Program-made: the position numbers and the translations under genes
NCBI RefSeq assembly: GCF_006345805.1
Contig: NC_043005.1
Span: 79,732,001-79,796,000, forward strand
Direction: 5' to 3'
Source of the DNA: Octopus sinensis
Taxonomy: Eukaryota
DNA length: 64,000 nucleotides
Shown here: piece by piece, positions 11,399 through 24,832 of the stretch
How positions within the stretch are numbered: the stretch's first letter is position 1
Layout of the letters: each line of letters starts with the position of its first letter
Notes under the pieces: model-generated
The model's database searches: none
What the model saw: the letters and a program-made list of their open reading frames with translations, nothing else
Told to the model about the DNA's origin: nothing

Positions 11399-11802
11399 TC
11401 TCTCTTTACTCTTTTACTTGTTTCAGTCATTTGACTGCGGCCATGCTGGAGCACCACCTTTAATCGAACAACTCGACCCCGGGACTTATTCTTTTGTAAG
11501 CCCAGTACTTATTCTATCGGTCTCTTTTGCCGAACCGCCAAGTGACGAGGACGTAAACACACCAGCATTGGTTGTCAAGCAATGCTAGGGGGACAAACAC
11601 AGACACACACACACATATATATATATATACATATATACGACAGGCTTCTTTCAGTTTCCGTCTACCAAATCCACTCACAAGGCATTGGTCGGCCCGGGGC
11701 TATAGCAGAAGACACTTGCCCAAGATGCCACGCAGTGGGACTGAACCCGGAACCATGTGGTTGGTTGACAAGCTACTTACCACACTGTCACTCCTGCGCC
11801 TA
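11399..11802 (-). mobile_element. SINE family B
   Basis: Tail ctctttactcttttacttgtttcag on the left, head ctcctgcgcc on the right, internal (CA)(TA) tract. Confidence 0.9.
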
Positions 11803-12786
11803 TATATGTATATATATATATATATATATAAGGTGTTTCCGTTATTTTGTTCAACCCCACAGCATATGTTCCGATACTTCTTAACTTTTATAAAGATGAA
11901 GTAGAATAACGTTGATAAAATGGTAATAAATACAATGACGCGTCAATGGCAGTGGTGATGATTATAATTGTATTGGTGGTCGTGCTGGTGGTAATGTGAT
12001 GAAAAATAGGAGGAGGAGGAGGAGGAAGAAGAAGAGGAACAGGTGCTAGTTATGGAGACTCAGAGATTGGTACCCAAGCTGTTTAAGGGTTTATCACTAT
12101 AATGCAATGGCTTACAGATGTCTCTTTATGACTTCATTCTACGTTACACCAAGCTGAAAGTCCAATGGCAATGGAACAGTTATGTCGTGTGCAGCGATAA
12201 CCAAGTGGAAGCGCGCTGCAAGTTACAAGTTTCGTCAAACTATCAAGAGCTTAAATGGGATTGAATAGACACCTGAGAGGCTACAGATGGAATGTCAGTG
12301 ACGCCATTCACAACGAAGAAGCACAAAGAGAAGGCAATTATCTGAGGAGATAGAGCACAAACCATTTTATCATCTAAAAAGGTATCTCCGTTCGACGAAA
12401 CACTGCAGATTTATAGCTTTTAATAACATATACATTCATTATCTAATATTGGTTTCGAATTTTGGCACAAAGCCAGGAAGTTCGGGGGAGTGGGGGGAGT
12501 AGTTACAATTGACACTTATTTTATTGACCTCGAAAAGTTGAAAGACAAAGTCGATTTTGGTAGAATTTGAAATCAGAACGTGAATACGGATGAAATGACG
12601 TTAAGCATTGTGTCCGGCATGCTAGTGATTCTGCCAGCTCAATACTTTATATACTTTATATATATACATTGGCCTACTCGCTTAGCCAGCGGGGTGGCGT
12701 TATTTGAAGGTTAAAACAATGCGAAGCGCATTGTGACCAGCGATGTGTAGCAGCATCTGATAGCCTGGTCGGTCACGGTGATCACG

Positions 12787-12819
<33 letters not shown>

Positions 12820-12823
<4 letters not shown>

Positions 12824-13040
12824 CTTTACTACCCACAAGGGGCTAAACACAGAGGGGACAAAAAAGGACAGACAAAGGGATTAAGTCGACTACATCGACC
12901 CCAGTGCGTAACTGGTACTTAATTTATCGACCCCGAAAGGATGAAAGGCAAAATCGACCTCGGCGGAATTTGAACTCGGAACGTAACAACAGACGAATTT
13001 CGCCCGGCGTGCTAACGTTTCTACCAGCTCGCCGCCTTTC
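12820..13040 (-). mobile_element. SINE family A
   Basis: Monomeric body with an internal deletion near the head. Confidence 0.85.
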
Positions 13041-13060
13041 AGGATATATATGATATATAT

Positions 13061-13330
13061 GGAGGCACAATGGCCCAGTGGTTTGGGCAGCGGACTCGCG
13101 GTCGGAGGATCGCTGTTTCGAATTCCAGACCAGGCGTTGTGTGTGTTTATTGAGCGAAAACACTGTCTCCGGCAGGGGGGGGGGTGACCCCTGCTGTACT
13201 CTTTCGCCACAACTTTCTCTCACTCTCTCTTCCTGTTTCTTGAGTAATGCTACGATGGACTGGGGGGAGCACATACAACACAAAAACCGGGAAACCGGGC
13301 CCATGAGCCTGGCTATGCTTGAAAAGGGCG
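13061..13330 (+). mobile_element. SINE family C
   Basis: Head ggaggcacaatggcccagtggtttgggcagcggactcgcggtcgg; tail accgggaaaccgggcccatgagcctggct as in 4915-5200. Confidence 0.85.
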
Positions 13331-13920
13331 ACGTTAATCGTTTATATATATATATAGGTATATATGCATATATTCCTATATGTATGTACGAATATGCGTT
13401 TATATATGCGTGCATGTGTGCGGGTAAATATACATATATATATATACTTACGTACTTATGAATGTCTACAGATATACGAGGCACAAAAGACTTCGTTGAA
13501 AAGCTCATTAACCACAATATTGTCGTATTTTATTTATCTATTGTCAGAACTTAATTACAACCGAAAACAAGTTCAGACCTTGCCCTAAATACCAGAGATA
13601 GAAACTATATATAAAGTATACAGTCACGCTCACTGTTAATGGCTGGTTTGCTCCAGTGTTATCTCAGAAGAATAGTGATGCATATCTCTTGACCTTGTTG
13701 TAGTTATAATTGGTGTTGTATTTCTTTAACCGCATGTCGGCACTGATCAAGTAAAAAAAATCAAGCCCTTGATCACTTTAATCTAACCAGCCGTGACCAC
13801 CACATCGTTTGTCACGGGAATAGTGTATATTCAACATTATCTATCCTGGATGTCAGTCTGTCTCCGTCATTACATAGAAACATACATACAGATATATATA
13901 TATTATATTATATATACACA

Positions 13921-13991
<71 letters not shown>

Positions 13992-14011
13992 GTATTACAT
14001 ATATATATATA

Positions 14012-14416
14012 AGCGCAGGAGTGGCTGTGTGGTAAGAAGCTTGCTTACCAACCAGGTTCAGTCCCACGGCGTTGCAACTTGGGCAAGTGTCTTCTACTAT
14101 AGAATCGAGACAACCAAAGCCTTGTGAGCGGATTGGGAGAGGGAAACTGAAAGAAACCTGTTATATATATATATGTATGTGTATGTGTCTGTGAGTATGC
14201 ATGTATTTTTGTGTCTGTGTTTGTTCCCCCGCCAGCGGTTTGCAACCGATTTTGGTGTGTTTACGTCCTCGTAACTTATCAGTTCGGCAAAAGGGGTGGA
14301 TAAAATAAATACTAGGCTTACAAAGAATAAGTGCTGGTGTCAATTTCTTCGATTAAAGGCGGTGCTTCTGCATGGCCACAATCAATTGGCGGAAACAAGT
14401 AAAAGAATAAAAGAAT
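14012..14416 (+). mobile_element. SINE family B, full length, diverged
   Basis: agcgcaggagtggctgtgtggtaagaagcttgc ... gaaacaagtaaaagaataaaagaa. Confidence 0.9.
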
Positions 14417-14550
14417 ATATGTATATGTATGTCTGCATGAATGTAGGTATGTATGTACGAGTGTGTGCACATAATTATATTTATATATACAAATATAAAC
14501 ATTTTTCGATATATACATGTATATATATATATACACATATACACACATCA

Positions 14551-14587
<37 letters not shown>

Positions 14588-16045
14588 GAGAATACAAAAA
14601 TAGGATAAGAACGCAACAGGCGACATCCAGACAGTTATATGATACAAAAAAAGACAAAGAAAAAACAAGTACGGGTCATTCGGTTTTTTCTTTCGTCAGT
14701 CGAGTTCTAGATAATCTTTGCAGTTTCGGCTGGTTATACTGGAGACGGCTCCAATCTGGCCAGCACCAAGGAAAATCTAAGCTAAGAGCACTAGATTCCT
14801 TGGAAGAAAGCAGCGAATGTATACGAAAACAAGGACGGAAAAAAACAGAAATGGTATACAAATACAAATGCAAACAATAGGACAGGTTGCTCTTGGTTAC
14901 ATCTAATCTAGTACAACTTGTTGCATGGTCGGGTCGTCGGCGTCTAAACTGGCAACCCCACTAGGCTTGCTTGGTGAGGAGGGTGCTTGTTGGAAACCCT
15001 TGCGGGATGAAAAATTGGACCCGTCAAAGGGCGGAGGAACTCATGAGCAGTCAACGGCTATCCAACGAATATGTGTAAATATGTATATATTACCTATTTT
15101 TCTTGTATGTATATATATATATATAATTTTTAAAAAACGTATATATTATATATATATATATACGTTATTTACATCTTATTTTATTTAAATTTTTAAATTG
15201 CATTTCTTTTACTTTTATATATATATATTATTTATATTTAAAACTTATTTGTATTTTCAAATCACAGCTTACATTAAAAAAAATTAGCGTGTGAATATGC
15301 TACTCCGAGTCGGACACCGTTTGGGTGTCAGTTTGGTGTCTGGAACAGGATAGCTTAACTCATAGGCAGGAAGAAACTCTTTAAATTTGGTTGGTAATCT
15401 ACCTAGGAGAAGGAAATCTCCAAAATAAATCATGAGGCCGTAGAAGTTCCTGGTTTTGTCAATTTTCATGTCACACCGGCAAAAGTCTTCTTGGGCCAAT
15501 ATGTGGGGGTAGTTCAGCTATACTCACTGAAAATTACTCGTCTGCAGAAGTACTTCCTGTACACCACATCTTAGTAAAATCTTTGAATTGGTTGTTTGGC
15601 AGAAACCTAAAAATGCACTTCTAACTTACTCTAAAATGTCTCAAACAGATTCAGTAAATGGCAAAAAAGGTTTTGGAACGTCAGGGGAACAGTATGTATG
15701 TACGTACGTAAATATATATATATATATATAGCGATAATTCACAACAAAAAAGACAGGTGGTGTAGACAATAAACATATGTATTAGTTTAACGCTCGGGAA
15801 GTGAAAAAGGCTTTAACGTTTTGAGCCTTTCCTCTTCAACAGAAAGGAACATATTGAGCTAACTTGCTTATCCCTACATTTATCTCATACACACATACAC
15901 ACACACACATGTATGTACATATATATGTATACACACACATATATATACAAATATATATATACATATATATATATACATATATTAAATGCAGGTATACATA
16001 TACATGCATATATATATATACATATTATATACAAATGAAATGATA

Positions 16046-16077
<32 letters not shown>

Positions 16078-16721
16078 TATATGTTTACAAACAACAAGGC
16101 CCGACTCACAATAGAATATAAATGATATAGGGAATTAAAAGGATCGAAGAAAAGTATTACCAATGCTACAGTTACTTCCGACGGTTCGGTGGTCCATAAT
16201 AATGTTAGTAAATTAATTCCATCCTACGATGAGACGAGCCTCTGTCATCGAGGAAGAAATCTCACATATGATGTGTTAAAGGAAAGAAGTCCAAAGATAT
16301 TTTTTTCCTTTTACCTCTTTCTTTTCGATTTCTTTCCTTTTACGGATAATCAAGTTAGACAGGTACATATATGTATATTTAGATATGCTTGAAAGCTATG
16401 CACTGCGTTGGCGACACTGAGGAGTGTTCTAGTTCATTCGATCGACGGAAGAACCTGATTGTAATATTAACGTGCATATGGCACAGTAGTCCACAGACGC
16501 GCGTACAGTTAACGGAATGTGACACTGTTGACCCATTGAATACCAGTACTGCTAATTTTTCCCTGTTGAGCGAACTGGAGCAACGACAAATAAAGTGTCG
16601 CGCCCAGTGTCACAACGTGCCGCTGGGAATTGAAGTGACAGCCTTACGATCTTGAGTCGAATACATACATTAAACACCGAGTCACGTGTGGTCAGAAATG
16701 TTTATACACACACACGACACG

Positions 16722-16769
<48 letters not shown>

Positions 16770-16774
<5 letters not shown>

Positions 16775-16980
16775 ATCCAAACAAGAAAACAAAAAAACAC
16801 AACAACGCAAGGACGTGGAACAAATAAAGTATTATTGGACGCTCAGGAAAGAAGGGAAGAAGGATGGTTTAACGTTTCGAGCGGAGCTCTTCGTCGGAAA
16901 CATAGGAGAAGGAAAGATCCCGAGAAGGGAAGACAGAGGATACAAAATCGCCGGTGGAACTCACGAGGTCACATACTGAA
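16770..16980 (-). repeat. Copy of the hammerhead-bearing ~205-bp repeat, terminating in (TA)n
   Basis: Reverse complement of 16867-16901: gttt-ccgacga-a-gagc-tcc-gctc-gaaacgtt-aaac. The end ggattaact joins a (TA)n tract. Confidence 0.8.
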
Positions 16981-19196
16981 AGACGGAAGTAGTAAGGTAG
17001 CAGAATAATAATGTTTTTTAAAGACAGGAGAGTTTATCAAAGACAGTATGGTAAAGAAAGTGAGAGGGGGAATGTGTGTGGGTGTGCGCGTGTGGGAAGG
17101 TCAGCGTGTGCGCATGTGTGTGTATGTGTACAATGATGACACGTGTGTGTGTGTCCGTGTGCGTGTGTGTATGTGTGTATGGCATGGCTAGTATGTAAGA
17201 ATTAAGGAGTGGTGTTTTGGGTCCAATCACAGGTCAAAATCAAAGAGGTATGTGTGTGTGCGTGTATGTATATGTATCATGTGTGTGTTTTGTTTGTAGT
17301 GTGTGTGTGTGTATGTGTGTGTTTTTGTGTGTATGTGTGTGTTTTTGTGTGTATGCGTGTATATATATATATGTATATATATGAAATTCCATCCAATGAC
17401 GTAGTGTCCTCTTCGGCGATGGGATTGGTGCCTACAGTTATCTTTTACTAAGAATATTCTATAATTATTCGTTGATGACACTAGTAACTAATACTATACT
17501 TTATTAAGTATATCCCTTAATTCTTCTTCTCTAAAGACGACATAGTTGACTTATATAGAAATCTTTGCTCAATGACTCTTTGCACGAAATGCACAGCTAT
17601 TCTAGAAACGGCTGTAAGGGACTTTATACATTATTCAGCAGTTATGCTTGAATTAGAAGTTACACGCACAAAAGTGATACCACATGCTTTGTTTGTTCAT
17701 TCTTTCTTTCTAACTTCCTTTCTTATATATATATATATATATATATAGATATATATATATATATATAGATATATTATATATATATATGTATAAGACACAT
17801 GCGTATCAGCTTTCAGACATGAAATCACACACATGCTGGTGTCGGGTTATATTAAATATGATTTGAATACGTAACTGAGTTTTGGAACCTACACCTTTCA
17901 ACGTACATAAAACAGAAAGCGATTCAGTTGTTTTTCGTGTGTTTCTTTCGCTGTGATATAAAGCTCTATTTGACACCTCTAATATACGCACACAATGCAA
18001 GAAATACATTATTATGTATCAACAACGACAGGGACAAAACCATGTCTGTTTTTATATCTCTGATTATAAACTATGGTTATAAACGTCGTATTTTTTCGTG
18101 ATCGTTCGAGTGTGAACATATGAAAGAATGTAGTCTGACATTATGGAGTTTTTTTTATGAAAGATAGTCATGTCAGGCCTTAGATTTTAAAACATAGATA
18201 AAATAAATGTAAAAAGAAAAATTTCATACGTATATATAAATATTTATATTGCAACTTTCTCATTAACATGGGCACTGCTTAAAAAAAGAACACAAAAACT
18301 GGGGCAAATTACAACAAAGATCGCGCATATTTAAATGCTGAAGCAAAGTGAAAAATCCAAGTGGACTAAATTTTATTATTCAGATTATATAAGCAAGACA
18401 ACTATTATAATATCATGCAGTACTCTATGTTTTCCTTTCATGAAACTCCAGTAGCGTAGCTGTAATAATTTAAAATCATACTAATCAGTATATATATATA
18501 CACACACACGTGTGTGTGTCTGTGTGTATGCGTGCATGCGTATATGTGTATGTGTACGTAGGTGTATTTATCTCTCTATTTCTCCCACTCCCTCTTTCTT
18601 TCTCTGTATATATATATATATATATATAATATATATATATATATATAGCGACTGAAGAAGGGGATTTTTCGTTGTGCTTATTGTCCTGTATCTCTTTTTT
18701 GCTTGTCTTGTTCCTTGGTTGTGTCTATGTTTTTCGTCTCTCTATGTGTTCGACGTCTTTTTGGTGTCCTGTACACATATATGCGTGTATATGTACATGT
18801 AGAGGTAGGTACGTACATATATGTTTATATATATGCATATGTTCTATTTTATTAACATATATATATATATATATATATATATACGTTTGTGTCCTTTTTA
18901 TTTACTCTCCTAGTACTGTATGAACATTTGATGTGGTTTTAGAGTCAAGTTTTGACTGCTATTTCCAGCGTGTAGGTATCTCTTAGATACCTTAAAGTAT
19001 AATTTTAATAATAATTATTACCTTTGAAGATTTTTATTCCCATGCTCGCCACTTGATAAGATCGATATCTAAATTATCGATCTTATCCTTATATATATAT
19101 TATATATATATATATATATGAGGGAGGGAGAGCGAGGGAGAAAGACCTCAAAAATAAAAAGACACCCCTTATACACACGTATATCGCATATACAAA

Positions 19197-19289
<93 letters not shown>

Positions 19290-20483
19290 AATATGCATAG
19301 TGCTATATCTTTCTACTAATAACTCAATGTTTCGTCTTGTAATCCAACTACTAATTTCATCTTAAGATGGTCTTTCAATTAATGTAAGCTACGTTTACCA
19401 CAATTTCCTGTACATTAAGAAAAATTGATCTCATGCCGTATATATTGTTGTAAATTATTTAGTTTATAAATCTCGTGGTTTAGAAACTAAATAATGGCAG
19501 TGGTATTTGAGGGTTATTTACATCCATGTTTTCGTTTAAAAGGTTTGTTACTGAGAGCTGTTACCTGTGTAATAGCCTTGTTGTCCGATGAAATGGCCTA
19601 TGCATGTGTATTTATATGTCTGTTGGGATGGCAGAATTTATTTCAATGACGTTTATTTGATTTATACGACCTGTTTCTTTGTATTCATTGACAGTTGTAT
19701 TTCTGTATCTGTTCGTTCGTCGAAACCATCAAATATATTTCTATGTGTCTCTAATCTCTCTAAGAACACATACATGCATGTCTAATTGTTTGTTTTCTTG
19801 TTGAAATTGCTTATTGCTTATGACTATGAATTTATCAAAAGACGGGAAAGGAGAATGGTTTCCCTTTGTGGCTTTTGAGAAATGCGCTATTTTAAGGCTA
19901 AATAATACAATTTATTCAATTATCTTATCGTTTATTCGGAAAAGGTGAGAAGATTATTGCTCTATTTAGATTAAAATAAATTGCTATTCAAATTATCATA
20001 TATTTGGAACAGATCAGGAGATTGCTATGTAGGGAATGTCACCCTAGCGTTATTAGTAATTACAGCGTGAAACATTGAAGAGAGAAGAGAGAGAGAGAGT
20101 ATATTATATTTCAATTTCATGTTTAATGCTATTTGTAAGTAATTTCAATAGGCAAAGGTACATGCGAACGCTTATGATTCAAAAGACACAAGGAAACACA
20201 TATAGATATGCGTTTCAATAGAGACTGAGGTGTATTTGTAGACATTGCCACATTTCTGTAAATGAAACACACAGCTTTAGATACCCGCAAAATACTACAA
20301 CCAGCGAAAGCATATTTTGGCAATGACTTGAAATTATTGAGATAAATGATGCTATTCAAAAACATGCATTCTTGCTGCATATGTATTGCAACAAACATAC
20401 AAACCACAAACGCACAAATATACACAACCAGCACACACACACACACACTCACATTTGTATGGATATGCACTTATTTATGTATT

Positions 20484-20692
20484 CTCTTTTACTCTTTTAC
20501 TTGTTTCAGTCATTTGACTGCGGCCATGCTGGAGCACCGCCTTTAATCGAGCAACTCGACCCCGGGACTTATTCTTTGTAAGCCCAGTACTTATTCTATC
20601 GGTCTCTTTTGCCGAACCGCTAGCTGACGGGAACATAAACACACCAGCATCGGTTGTCAAGCTATGTTGGGGGGACAAACACAGACATACAA

Positions 20693-20767
<75 letters not shown>

Positions 20768-21018
20768 ATACAATTGTTCGTTTGTTTTCCACCTGCCTTC
20801 GTCTTTTGTTTATTTTCATAAAGCTTCCCGTTATATATATATATACATATATACGACGAGCTTCTTTCAGTTTCAGTCTACCAAATCCACTCACAAGGCT
20901 TTGGTCGGCCCGAGGCTATAGTAGAAGACACTTGCCCAAAGTGCCACGCAGTGGGACTGAACCCGGAACCATGTGGTTGGTAAACAAGCTACTTACCACA
21001 CAGCCACTCCTGCGCCTA
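20484..21018 (-). mobile_element. SINE family B with expanded (CA)n and a ~65-bp internal insertion
   Basis: Standard tail and head; extra sequence at ~20770-20835. Confidence 0.88.
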
Positions 21019-21514
21019 TGTATATAATTTGATATGAGATAGACAGATAAATATATATATAACAATGTGAAGCTGTAAGGTACCTCACGAGTGAAATTAT
21101 ATATGAAAGAAAGTTTGAAAATGCAATTTTAAAAGATGTTTATTCACTTGACCGGTTCCACATTTTTAGAAAACGATTGTCAAAAGTAAAATGTAAAAGC
21201 TTTGTGTTATATATATATATATATATATATGCAGTAGTACCTCAGTTTTTGAACAACTCTGATCACGAATAAATCGTAGATACATAGATAGTCAGACAGA
21301 TAGACAGACAGATAGATAGGTTGATAGATAGACAGGTGCGTAGGTAAATAGCTACATCGGTAGGTAGGTAGGTAGGTAAATAGATATATAGATCATTAGG
21401 TGGATGTATGAATAGATAGCAAGACAAACAGACTGATAGACAGATAGATAGATAAATCCCATTCGCCGAGTGGAATGCCTTACATATACACACATGTGCA
21501 TACATGCGTGTATC

Positions 21515-21557
<43 letters not shown>

Positions 21558-22101
21558 TTGTCTCTTCGCAAAAATTAAAGGATATCATTTGTTTCGTTGG
21601 TTGCATTTTGGGGGTATCTAAAGCTGTGTGTTTATATACGGAAATGCAGCTTGCCTACAAATACACCTCAATCTCTATTGAAACGCATATCTTTGTGTTC
21701 CTCTGAGTCTTTTGAAACATAGAGCGCCTGCATTCATTGGTTACCAGCTTGGGTTCAGGTATCTTTTAACACCTTGGATTCGGATATCTTTTAAGTCCAG
21801 ATCACTAATGCCTGCCTTTTAAGTCGAGCATTCAAAAGAAGTCCCTTAAGATATCAACCAAACTGCTTTCTATGTACTCTATACCTTGTATTGGATACAA
21901 GTTTACATATTCTCTACACCAAGTATTGGGTAGTATATCATAATACTCACAAACATTCACACATACTTTCAAATACTTGAATTTTAACAACAAAGTGAAA
22001 AGAGATTTTTCCATGTAAAAATTAGATTTCTATATTTGACAGGAAAGATTGCTATTCCATACTCTGAGTACCAATTTCGTACGCTGAACCTTTGCAATAT
22101 A

Positions 22102-22335
22102 CACTAATCCCTTGCTGTATTGCGGTTCACCTATCGTGGTTTATTATTTCAGGTTAAATCGATTCATCCGTGGTGTTGGTTTGCATCCCTAACAAAAATA
22201 AATATGTACAAATTAGAAAAATAGTAAAAAAAAATAAATTTTAAAAAATACAGTACAGTCGTTTCTACTTCGCGGATTTTCGCCTATCACGGGGTTTTTT
22301 GGAACGTAACGCACGCGATAGTCGATGGATTACTG
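22102..22335. mobile_element. Tigger/pogo-like MITE
   Basis: Flanked by TA on both sides. Left end cactaatcccttgctgtattgcgg versus right end (reverse complement) cagtaatccatcgactatcgcg: imperfect CAGT-type TIRs. Confidence 0.65.
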
Positions 22336-22379
22336 TATTATAAAATAGGAGACGTGAAATATACAAAGAAAGTTGACTA

Positions 22380-22530
22380 CATCCCCGTAACTTAGCGGTT
22401 CGGCAAAAGAGACCGATAGAATAAGTACTAGGCTTACAAAGAATAAGTTCTGGAGTCGATTTGCTCGACTAAAAGCGGTGCTCCAGCATGGCCACAGTCA
22501 CATGACTGAAACAAGTAAAAGAGTAAAAAA
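22380..22530 (+). mobile_element. SINE family B, 3' half
   Basis: ccccgtaacttagcggttcggcaaaagagacc...gaaacaagtaaaagagtaaaa. Confidence 0.85.
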
Positions 22531-22556
22531 ATAAAAGAGGAGATAACTGAAAATAA

Positions 22557-23090
22557 TTTGACAGGATGAGGAATACGGAGATGCGAAGGCGAGCAGGAAT
22601 GAGCGAAAAACTAACAACCAAAATGGATAGACGAATGTTGAGGTGGTTTGGCCTCATGAAGAGGATGGATGAAGAGCGGATGATAAAGAGGGTGATGAAG
22701 TGGTAGGAGATGAAGTGGTAGGTAGCAGAACCGGAGGCAGACCTCGGTTTGTGTGGATGGATGGAGTGAGGAAAACTTTGGTGGTTAGAGGTGTGGGAGT
22801 GAGAGAAGCAAGAGAGTTTATAAATGATAGGAGAGCTTGGAAAGTGTTTGTGGATGGATGAGTGAATTTGATGTTGCTCAAAGGAGTAGAGATCCAGCAT
22901 GATGCGGCGGGGGTAAACCAGCATATGCTGTCGAGCCTCGCTGCTGGTATTGGGGCTGCGTTTTGTGCCTTGACAAGAGCATAGAACGGGGCTAACCTCT
23001 TTGAGCTGGGAAATTAATGGAATGCCTGATGTGTGTCTTGTTGTGGCTACACCACCCCGCCTAAAAATGGGGAATAATTCTGGCTATACA
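22557..23090 (+). mobile_element. RTE-clade LINE 3' fragment (ORF2 C-terminus 22557-22861 plus probable 3' UTR)
   Basis: FDRMRNTEMRRRAGMSEKLTTKMDRRMLRWFGLMKRMDEERMIKRVM / DEVVGSRTGGRPRFVWMDGVRKTLVVRGVGVREAREFINDRRAWKVFVDG*. Matches RTE motifs DRxRNxxxR, LRWFGH, GRPRxxWxDGV, DRxxW. A ~15-bp local duplication shifts the frame. Confidence 0.88.
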
Positions 23091-23209
<119 letters not shown>

Positions 23210-23686
23210 CATAACGTTGTGTCTTTGAGCAAAATACTTTATTTCACGTTGCTCCAGTTCACTCAGCTGGCAAAATGTGTTGTACATATCTTTCAAAAGG
23301 TGAAGCCCATAATATTGTGTGTGACGCTGAATCTCCCTGAGAACTACATGAAGGGGCAGGCGTGTCCGTGGAATGTTCAGCCACTTGCACGTTAATTTCA
23401 CTGGCAGGCTGTTCGGTTGACCAGATCAGCTGGAATCAAGGTCATTGCAACCGACAGAATCCAATTGTTTTTTTTAATTTTAAGACAGTCATGACTGTAT
23501 TGCCATGATCCTTTGCTACCTATAGCGATGTGCGCCAAAAACATGACTCTAACAACAACAACACACGCACACGCACATACGCACATATGTGTATGTATTA
23601 TATATGCATGTATATATGTATGCGTGACTAGTTCCGATAAAGTTACGCGTACCGAATTCCGTTTATATAACAGTATAGGTCAAATA

Positions 23687-23918
23687 GGGCGGCGAGCTGG
23701 CAGAAACGTTAGCACGTCGGGCGAAATGTTTAGCGGTATTTCGTCTGCTGCTACTTTCTGAGTTCAAATTCCGCTGAGGTCAACTTTGCCTTTCATCCTT
23801 TCAGGGTCGATAAATAAAGTACCATTTTCACACTGGGGTCGATGTAATCTACTTAATCCCTTTGTCTGTCCTAGTTTGTCCCCTCTATGTTTATCCCCTT
23901 GTGGGTAGTAAAGAAATG
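23687..23918 (+). mobile_element. SINE family A, monomer, with probable target-site duplication
   Basis: tatataacagtataggtcaaat occurs both before the head (~23664-23685) and after the tail (~23919-23940). Confidence 0.85.
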
Positions 23919-24832
23919 TATATAACAGTATAGGTCAAATGAGAATTGCGAGAAGACACTTGTCCTAAGAGTCACGTTGTGGGATCGAACACAGAATCAC
24001 ATTACTGCTAAATATTTTATTCAACGTCCCAGCCAGAAAATGTGAAAGGTTTCTGTTAATCCTTCTACAAACATATCGTACTTAGCGTTTTACCTTGACG
24101 TAGCTCAATCCGAAGACGGTTCGAAAAATAGATATGTTTGTATATCAAAGTATTTGAGACTCATATTCTGTAAAGAAATAGAAGTGTTCTCCATTATAGA
24201 TAATATATATGATACGCTTCTGTACAGAAAAAATTATAATAACGACGATCCTAAATATCAATGTTGTTAGTACCTAAAGCATTTGTTCTATTATAAGCAA
24301 CGAATTCAAAGCATGTAACAGCTTTTCTGTTTTCATTTTGATTTTATTTTGATATTTACAAAGATTGTACGCGTATATTCATGCAATTTAAGTCTTAATG
24401 TGTCAATTCTCGACAAGCTGTTCATATATCATATAACAAAATGCATGTCAGTAATTCGAATTACAATGCCCAGAAGAAAGCTTCTTTGAAAAGCCAGCTA
24501 TAGATAACAAAGATAACATTGAAAGCAAAAATAAATATATAAAAATAAATATAATGCTTATCTGATAATTAAGCGTATTTACAATGAATTAAGTATTCCA
24601 AATGAATTCAAAATGTGTGATGATAATATCTGTTACAATTTGGCATTTATTATGAACATTTGTGACCATAACAGAATTAAAAAGAAAATTTTGAATGGGA
24701 AATTTTATATCTTTAGAGCTTTAATACTTTTTTAATATCTAAGTATCTCTCTGTCAATCCATCCATCCATCAATCCATCCATCCATCCATCCGTCCATCA
24801 ATGTACCATGCTACTCAACAGAAGCTTAACTC

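Noticed and set aside
14920-15460. Possible RTE 5'-region fragments (ggcaaccccactagg..., ctaggagaaggaaatctc)
   Set aside because: Only a vague resemblance from memory and no translatable motif, so not listed as a feature.
24127-24150. agatatgtttg resembling the 5' end of miR-190
   Set aside because: The match stops after 11 nt and there is no precursor hairpin.
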